From an uncultured archaeon (GTDB lineage: Archaea; Iainarchaeota; Iainarchaeia; Iainarchaeales; CSSED10-239), in the NCBI GenBank assembly GCA_964468895.1, contig CAYXWT010000019.1, positions 1 through 13,590 on the forward strand: a stretch of DNA of 13,590 bases, given 5' to 3'. Shown in pieces: positions 7,362-13,556 of the stretch; positions within the stretch are counted from its first letter, which is position 1; each line of letters starts with the position of its first letter. Below the pieces are notes generated by a model. That model worked only from the letters and a program-made list of their open reading frames with translations. It searched no databases and was not told the origin of the DNA. Both the position numbers and the translations under genes were made by a program.

Positions 7362-7448
7362 CACAGAGGATGGGATTTGAACCCACGGACAAGTTTCCCT
7401 GCCACTTAGTTTCGAACCAAGCACCTTAAACCACTCAGTCACCTCTGC
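7362..7448 (-). tRNA. tRNA-Ser (anticodon CGA), class II with long variable arm; CCA not encoded
   Basis: The reverse complement reads GCAGAGG-TG-ACTGAGTGGTTTAAGGT-G-CTTGG-TTCGAAA-CTAAG-TGGCAGGGAAACTTGTCC-GTGGG-TTCAAAT-CCCAT-CCTCTGT-G. It has a 7-bp acceptor stem (one G:U) and a D-loop with GG. The 5-bp anticodon stem carries the loop TT-CGA-AA (U33, purine 37). The variable arm is 18 nt with a CAGG/CTTG stem, and the T arm has the TTCAAAT loop. A T5 tract (7357-7361) follows directly. Confidence 0.9.
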
Positions 7449-7771
7449 AAAATAACATCATTAATAATACATAAAATGAATTTTAAAATTTGTGTAGCAC
7501 TATCTTCTTCGTTTATGTTTTTAATTATAATTTTTAAGGATGAGAATATAGTTACTTCTGAATCTTTATGTTTAATAGTTATAAAAAAAGGTATACTTTC
7601 TTTTTCAACAAATATTTTTTTAAGTTTAAATTTATTTAATAATTTTTCCAAGTCTATTTTTTTAGTAAATTTAGGGAAAAACTCAAAACCAGGAGTAGCT
7701 TTACAGGGATCTAAAATAAATTGATCTACAGTTATTTCTTTAAATTTAGCACCAAGCATATTTAACATCAT
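7439..7771 (-). CDS. Hypothetical 110-aa protein (small alpha/beta module); stop codon lies inside tRNA-Ser
   Basis: ATG-initiated ORF starting 20 nt downstream of the ATPase gene on the same strand. Its C-terminal half (FFITIKHKDSEVTIFSSLKIIIKNINEEDSATQILKFI) has a beta-beta-alpha pattern. It has no obvious Shine-Dalgarno, it is the only CDS in the window ending in TGA, and its last 10 nt overlap the tRNA 5' end. Coding status is therefore moderate. The antisense ORF 7476..7724 is judged a shadow. Confidence 0.5.
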   Translation of the reverse strand: MMLNMLGAKFKEITVDQFILDPCKATPGFEFFPKFTKKIDLEKLLNKFKLKKIFVEKESIPFFITIKHKDSEVTIFSSLKIIIKNINEEDSATQILKFILCIINDVILQR

Positions 7772-7791
7772 GAAAATTTATTTTTTAAAAA

Positions 7792-10533
7792 TTATATTAT
7801 TTGATTTACCACACCATCAACCAAAACTGGTCTTTCTTTAAATTTAGGATCTACTAACACTATTTTCCAAACTGGCCAATATATAGATTCTACACCTACA
7901 AACTCTAATTTACCCCATAATTTTTGTAAATTACCCTTAATATCAGATATATTGTTTTCAACTTCAAAAATACTACTAGTAGGCAATTCTTTCTTTCTTA
8001 AAGGTAAAATATTTAAAGAACCAATAATATTATGATTTGCTGAAAAAGGTACATCAAAATTACTAGATAATTTATAAATTTCAACATCGTGCTTTTTAGT
8101 AATGTTTACTAACAAATTTTGTTTAAAGAATTTAATTCTTTCAACAATTAATGTTTCATCTAAATCAATTTCTTGAGTTAAAGAATAGATTGTACTTTGT
8201 TTTTTTAAGAGATATAATAAATCTAAATCAGATTCTGAAAACAAAGGTAATTTTGTTAAGCCTTTAGATGCTCTAAAATTATTATTTACAAAATGTAATA
8301 GTTCACCAGTAATTGAATCTGCATAACAAACATTTCTTTTAAAATTATCATTATTATCATAAAGATTAAAATAAATTTTATATACAAGTCTATGATATAA
8401 CGAACTTTCATTAACAGTTTCTTTATTTTTAAAAAATAAATAAGATTTAGGAATTGTAGTTTTAGCTTTTTTTTCAGCAAGCTCTTTACTTATTCTTAAT
8501 GGAAAACATTCACAAATTTTATTATTTTCTTTGTCTACTTCTTCTAATTCTTCAGCAATTTCTAAAGCATCTATATCTTTAAGTTTAACTTTTTCTTCAA
8601 CATTATCATCGTTAGGAACAGTATCAAAAACATTATCATCTTCATCTACAACTTCATGATTAGAAGGATTTTCTAGTTTATCAATTTCTTTTTTAATTTC
8701 TTCAACATTATCAATATTAGATATATTTTCTTCTCTAATAAACAACTCTTTATTTTTTAAAATAATATTTAGTTCATTTAATTTTTTAAGAACTTTTTTC
8801 CAAGAAACTTTACTACGATATTTAATATTTATAATATCAAGAATATCCTGAGCATAATTTTCTTTAATTGTTCTTGTTTTTTTAATTTTATTAAATATTA
8901 GATTACTAGCCCTTTCTATCACTTCTTCATCACTTATGTCTTCTACTTGTCTAATAGTTTCTGCATCTCTACCTTCATGTTGAGAAGCACGAGGCTTAAT
9001 TTTTAAAATAAAAGCTCTACTACTTTCTTCTCTTCTATCACCTATAAGTGCAACACCTACAGGAAGTGTTTTAATAAAATTAGGCTTTTTATATTCTTCA
9101 GGAATTATTGCAGGCATTCTTTTATGAATTGCTTTAATATCATCATTAAAAACTAATTTATGACTTATAAAAATATCTACTTGACTTAAAACTTTACTAT
9201 TTATTGCAGAAGGTTGTTGAGTTGCAAATACTAATGAACAGCCTGGTCTTCTACCTTGTTTAACATATTCAACAACAGCTACAGTTGCAGGAGTTTGTGT
9301 ATTTCCTGAAGGTATTAAGGTGTGAGCTTCATCAATATATAACCAAGTAGGTGGAATTTCTATTTCTAATAATAAATCTGGATTTTCTTCTTTAGTTTCA
9401 AATTTTTTAATAGCATCTTGTCTAGTCACAAGCTTTCTAGCAGAAAGTATTCTTCTAGCTAATATTCCTATAACTAAAGCTGTAATATTATCATCTAAAA
9501 AACTAGTATCTAAAATTGTTAATTGACCTTCTCTAGAAAGTTTAGTTAAAGGAGTTCCATGGTCACTAAAGACACCCCAAGACTTTGCAGCTTCGAACCT
9601 AGATACTAATGCTCTAATAGAATCTGGTTTATAACCTTTTTGTGAAGATTTAAATTCAGTATTATTCTGTAAACAATAAATAATATCACCTAAAGTAAAT
9701 TGACTACCTTTTGGTAATATTTCTTTAAGTTCGCTATCAGATTTAGGATCTCCAGCTATATAACCATTTTTAACAAAACTTAAAGTTTTTTCTAAAAGAA
9801 GACCTGTTGGATTAAATCTATCTATTGCAAAAGTTAAACACCAATCTTCTGATTCTAACATAGAAGGAAATAAAGAAAATGTCTCATCATAAGTATCTTT
9901 AGATATTTTATCTACCATACCATCTGGTACAAATACTTTTAAATTATCTAAACCTTTTGGTTTTAAATTCCATTTTTCTAAAATTTCAAGTTCTTTTTTT
10001 TCTTGATTTGGAAATCTCATTGACCAGAAAACACCAACTGGATCAACAACGATTTGGCCTATAAAAGGATTAGTAACTGCAAGTTCTTCAGCAATAACCC
10101 CTAAACCATAACTTTTACCAGATCCACGTGATCCATCTATAAAAACAATATGTGGGTTTAGACCATCCAACCTTATATTTTTATCTTTTAAATCATCTTC
10201 ATAAACCTTACCTAAAAAAGCAGAAGATTTAGAACCATATTGTTTCAAAATGGATTTTTTTCTACCAATATATACAACAGATTTATCTTCTAAATCTTCT
10301 AATAATTTTAATTTAGGTTTAATTGTAGTATCTATTTCTTTATTATCATTATTTTTAACGATATGATCTGGTACATATTCTTTAGAACCTAAAGGTACAT
10401 TAGAATTATCTAAATCTTTAGAGTTCTTTGAATGTTCTGAACTTTCTAAAACTTTATTTTTAGAATCATCTTTAGATTCCATTTCTTCAAAAAAATCTGA
10501 TTTTTCAGAATTATGTTCTTTAATCACACTCAT
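7792..10533 (-). CDS. HerA/FtsK-superfamily P-loop ATPase (DUF87-like core) fused to a disordered N-terminus, an acidic linker and a C-terminal winged-helix-containing module
   Basis: Walker A is FIDGSRGSGKSYGLG (GSRGSGKS = 10111..10134). Walker B is WLYIDEAHTLIP (LYIDEAH = 9322..9342). The HerA-type segment GRRPGCSLVFATQQPSAINSKVLSQVDIFISHKLVFNDDIKAI is present, as is the helical insert ALVIGILARRILSARKL. The track ORF starts at TTG 10656 and adds 41 junk-like residues. The first ATG, 10533 (MSVIKEHNSEK), is preferred, with a TTTTATATAT element about 45 nt upstream. This gives 913 aa. Confidence 0.85.
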   Translation of the reverse strand: MSVIKEHNSEKSDFFEEMESKDDSKNKVLESSEHSKNSKDLDNSNVPLGSKEYVPDHIVKNNDNKEIDTTIKPKLKLLEDLEDKSVVYIGRKKSILKQYGSKSSAFLGKVYEDDLKDKNIRLDGLNPHIVFIDGSRGSGKSYGLGVIAEELAVTNPFIGQIVVDPVGVFWSMRFPNQEKKELEILEKWNLKPKGLDNLKVFVPDGMVDKISKDTYDETFSLFPSMLESEDWCLTFAIDRFNPTGLLLEKTLSFVKNGYIAGDPKSDSELKEILPKGSQFTLGDIIYCLQNNTEFKSSQKGYKPDSIRALVSRFEAAKSWGVFSDHGTPLTKLSREGQLTILDTSFLDDNITALVIGILARRILSARKLVTRQDAIKKFETKEENPDLLLEIEIPPTWLYIDEAHTLIPSGNTQTPATVAVVEYVKQGRRPGCSLVFATQQPSAINSKVLSQVDIFISHKLVFNDDIKAIHKRMPAIIPEEYKKPNFIKTLPVGVALIGDRREESSRAFILKIKPRASQHEGRDAETIRQVEDISDEEVIERASNLIFNKIKKTRTIKENYAQDILDIINIKYRSKVSWKKVLKKLNELNIILKNKELFIREENISNIDNVEEIKKEIDKLENPSNHEVVDEDDNVFDTVPNDDNVEEKVKLKDIDALEIAEELEEVDKENNKICECFPLRISKELAEKKAKTTIPKSYLFFKNKETVNESSLYHRLVYKIYFNLYDNNDNFKRNVCYADSITGELLHFVNNNFRASKGLTKLPLFSESDLDLLYLLKKQSTIYSLTQEIDLDETLIVERIKFFKQNLLVNITKKHDVEIYKLSSNFDVPFSANHNIIGSLNILPLRKKELPTSSIFEVENNISDIKGNLQKLWGKLEFVGVESIYWPVWKIVLVDPKFKERPVLVDGVVNQII

Positions 10534-10714
10534 AATAATCTTCTCAAAATTATTTCTACAAAAATATATTTTATTAATATAATATATAAAAGAAATAGTA
10601 TTTAAATAGTTAATTGTTAATCTATCTAGAATATATCTCAGAATGTACAAAAACAATTAAACTATATATGAAAAACATAAGATACAAGCTTTAAACTCGC
10701 ATAGTCTTAAGACT

Positions 10715-11608
10715 TTAGCTTTGAATCAATTTTCTATTTGTACAGATATTTTTTATACACACACAATTTTCTTGGGTTGCAACAAAAGGATTTGAATATG
10801 AAGGACAATTAGATGATGATTTCACATTATAAAATGGAACCCATTTTTTATTAATACAAACAGTTTCTGTTGATGAACAGGAACTAGGTTGTGGGACACA
10901 TTCATTATTATTATTACAAACTTTTTGTTCAATTACAGTTGGCGCATTTATATGTTCAGGATTTATAAAAGTTAAATTAAGATATTTACAATACTCTGGA
11001 TAACCATGCATAACAATTCCAAATTTTGTAGATGTACATTCTTCAAAAGTTGTTGGTTCTTCAGCTATACGTCGACTCGTAGAAACAGTTATTGTATCTA
11101 AGTCTATTGACATTATTCTGGGGTTATAATTTTCAGAATTCATACCCACAATAATCATAATAGTTAGCCCTATAAAAAAAATTACAATGCCAAATATTAA
11201 ATTAGATACCATCCTAGCTTCATCTTTAGAAAGTTCTTTAGTCTTATTGTATGTAACATTATACTCTAATTTCTTATGCTTTAATAGATATCTAATTATT
11301 ATTATAGGTATGATTGAAAAAGTAACTACTGCCCCTAAACTACTTAGAAAATAATATCTAGAATTAAACGAAATTAAAAAAAGACTAGCTACAATTAAAT
11401 AGAATAAAAGAAATATAGTTCCAATTCTGGCCCAATTATATAATTTAAATAGACCAATTCCTAAAATAAAGCAAGCTATTACAAATATAAGATTAATTAT
11501 TATTAAAAATATACTCTTCCAAACTCCTATAAGTAATAATGCAAGTGCAATTACACCTAAAAAAATTAGATATATAAAAATTAATCTAATTACATCCCGA
11601 AGTTTCAT
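10715..11608 (-). CDS. Five-TM membrane protein with C-terminal Cys-rich extracellular domain (no recognisable family)
   Basis: From ATG 11608 the protein reads MKLRDVIR, then four closely packed TM helices and a basic loop (KHKKLEYNVTYNKTKELSKDEAR). A fifth TM follows, then a ~140-aa tail with 10 Cys (EEC, EYC, KVC, NEC, SSC, TVC, NCP, NCVC, NIC). Positive-inside logic puts the tail outside the cell. The track start (11695) is TTG, and alternative ATGs are at 11686 and 11608, so the start is uncertain. Confidence 0.7.
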   Translation of the reverse strand: MKLRDVIRLIFIYLIFLGVIALALLLIGVWKSIFLIIINLIFVIACFILGIGLFKLYNWARIGTIFLLFYLIVASLFLISFNSRYYFLSSLGAVVTFSIIPIIIIRYLLKHKKLEYNVTYNKTKELSKDEARMVSNLIFGIVIFFIGLTIMIIVGMNSENYNPRIMSIDLDTITVSTSRRIAEEPTTFEECTSTKFGIVMHGYPEYCKYLNLTFINPEHINAPTVIEQKVCNNNNECVPQPSSCSSTETVCINKKWVPFYNVKSSSNCPSYSNPFVATQENCVCIKNICTNRKLIQS

Positions 11609-11841
11609 TTTAATCCAAATTAAATTATTGTCAAAACTCTTTAAATAACTAACTGTTAGATTATAATTTTGGTAAACTACTAGCATTTGGCTCAACAGAA
11701 AGGCTAGAAATGTCTAATCCAAAAGAATTATGAAACATATATAAAAACAGACTTAATACCAACAATTTTTACTAGTAACAATAAACTTTAAAACAAGACC
11801 TAATCATAAACCATTAACAGTAGAAAGTCCTAAAAATATTA

Positions 11842-12525
11842 TTATTTAATTAAAATATCTGGATAATTTGAATAAACACCATCTACTTTAATTTTATCAA
11901 GTTTTAAAATTTCAGATTTATTATTAGCAGTAAAAACAAAAACTTTCAACCCAAATATATGATAAAATACTACCCAAAATCTATTTATAAATTTATAATT
12001 AACATGTACAGAATATATGTTTTTAAAACCAAAAAATTTAATTAAATTAGCTGGATATGCCTCAAATAAAAGTCCAACTTTAACTTTTGGAAATAACTTG
12101 TTAAATTTTAATAATTCTTTTATAAGAAAAGAAGAAACAATAAAATCAGAATAATCAAATCTACCTTTTTTAATATATTTGGACAATAACTTTACAAGTG
12201 GTTTTGCAGAATTTTCTGATTTTAATTCTATATTTAATTTACATTTACCTTCAATTAAATCTAAAACTTTTTCTAAAGTAGGTATTTTAGAATTGTCTTT
12301 TAATCTAATTTTATTAAGATCTTCAAGATTTGTTTCTGATATTTTTAAAGCCTTGTTTGAAACCCTTTTAGTAGTAGAATCATGAATTACAATAAGTTCT
12401 CCGCTTTTACAAACCTGTATATCTAATTCAATATATTCTACATTTAGTTCTAAAGCCTTTTTAAAAGACGAAATTGAATTTTCTAAACAATAGGCACTAG
12501 CGCCTCTATGTGCAAAAATTATCAT
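11842..12525 (-). CDS. ugpQ: Glycerophosphodiester phosphodiesterase (GDPD/UgpQ family)
   Basis: MIIFAHRGASAYCLENSISSFKKALELNVEYIELDIQVCKSGELIVIHDSTT matches the GDPD N-terminal catalytic signature (HRG...ENT...A...G-d-iE-D-----dg--v--HD). The track start 12534 is GTG, and the first ATG is at 12525. Confidence 0.88.
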   Translation of the reverse strand: MIIFAHRGASAYCLENSISSFKKALELNVEYIELDIQVCKSGELIVIHDSTTKRVSNKALKISETNLEDLNKIRLKDNSKIPTLEKVLDLIEGKCKLNIELKSENSAKPLVKLLSKYIKKGRFDYSDFIVSSFLIKELLKFNKLFPKVKVGLLFEAYPANLIKFFGFKNIYSVHVNYKFINRFWVVFYHIFGLKVFVFTANNKSEILKLDKIKVDGVYSNYPDILIK

Positions 12526-12681
12526 CACAATCACAATTTAAATGAAATAACCAACATACATTCTAAATAGTATTATTATTAGAAAAAAATATAAACAAAT
12601 AGGCAAAATTAACAATATTCTTTAATTACAAAAACAGCCTTTAAAAATCATATTTTTAAAATTATTGTTTAATAAAATATT

Positions 12682-13539
12682 ATGATTATTATGAAAATAC
12701 AAAAAGTAAAAGATATTAAAAAATCTGTGAAAAAATATTATGATAAGTCTACAGAAGAAGAGTGGGACAGATTATTTGTAAATCCATACCATAAATTAGA
12801 ATGGGATACAACCCAAATATTTTTAAAAAAATATTTACCTAAAAAAGGTTTAATTTTAGATGCAGGAGCAGGACCTGGAAGATATTCTATTGATTTAGCT
12901 AAAAAAGGATATAATATGGTTATTTTAGATATTGCTAAAGAAAATATAAATTTAGCTAAAGAAAAAGTAAAAATTAAAAAACAAGAAAACAAAATAAAAG
13001 AATTTGTTTTAGGAACTATTGTTAATTTATCTAAATTTAAAAATAATTCTTTTGATGCTGTAATTTGTTTAGGAGGACCATTGTCCCATGTAAAAGAAAA
13101 AAATAGAAAAATAGCAATTAATGAACTTATAAGAGTTGCAAAAAAAAATGCACCTATATTTATTTCAGTTATGGGAAGATATGCCATACTTTTAAATGCA
13201 ATAAAATATTGGCCTAGTGAAATTAGGAATTCAGCTCATTTCAATAAAATATATATTAACGGAGATGATTTCAATTGGGGTTACAAAAAACAAGGTTTTG
13301 GAACATACTGCCATTTCTTTACAGTTGAAGAATTAAATAATTTGTGGCCTAAAAATAAAATTGAAATATTAGATGTTGTTGGATTAGAAGGTCTTACATC
13401 TACACAAAAAAAAGAATATAATAAAATAAAAGATAAAATTATTCTAAAAAATTGGTTAAAAGCTCACAAAAAACTGTGTACAACAAGAATAATTGCAGAT
13501 ATTTCTACACATATACTTACAATAATGAAAAAGAAATAA
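12682..13539 (+). CDS. Class I SAM-dependent methyltransferase (substrate unknown)
   Basis: 285 aa. Motif I is ILDAGAGPGRYSIDLAKKGYNMVILDI, followed by FDAVICLGGPLSHV (motif III/IV region). The fold assignment is secure, but substrate specificity cannot be read from the sequence. Confidence 0.85.
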   Translation: MIIMKIQKVKDIKKSVKKYYDKSTEEEWDRLFVNPYHKLEWDTTQIFLKKYLPKKGLILDAGAGPGRYSIDLAKKGYNMVILDIAKENINLAKEKVKIKKQENKIKEFVLGTIVNLSKFKNNSFDAVICLGGPLSHVKEKNRKIAINELIRVAKKNAPIFISVMGRYAILLNAIKYWPSEIRNSAHFNKIYINGDDFNWGYKKQGFGTYCHFFTVEELNNLWPKNKIEILDVVGLEGLTSTQKKEYNKIKDKIILKNWLKAHKKLCTTRIIADISTHILTIMKKK

Positions 13540-13556
13540 AAAAATAATTTAAAAAG

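Noticed and set aside
8599-8640. A short direct repeat aacattatcatc (8599-8610 and 8629-8640) inside the ATPase gene.
   Set aside because: It encodes the duplicated DDNV in the acidic linker (DEDDNVFDTVPNDDNVEE). This is low-complexity coding sequence, not an independent repeat element.
10534-10656. N-terminal extensions in the ORF track created by non-ATG starts or far-upstream ATGs. These are ATPase TTG 10656, membrane protein TTG 11695, surface protein GTG 6911, GDPD GTG 12534 and ksgA ATG 2065.
   Set aside because: The extensions encode non-conserved, junk-like peptides (for example MFLYILRYILDRLTINYLNTISFIYYINKIYFCRNNFEKII). They overlap promoter-like AT-rich DNA or the upstream gene. 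The first internal ATG gives an N-terminus typical of each family. Starts remain uncertain by tens of codons for the membrane protein.
10704-10713. A 10-bp perfect palindrome GTCTTAAGAC immediately after the membrane-protein stop codon.
   Set aside because: It has no loop, so it cannot form a meaningful terminator hairpin. It is short enough to occur by chance and has no repeated copies in the window.
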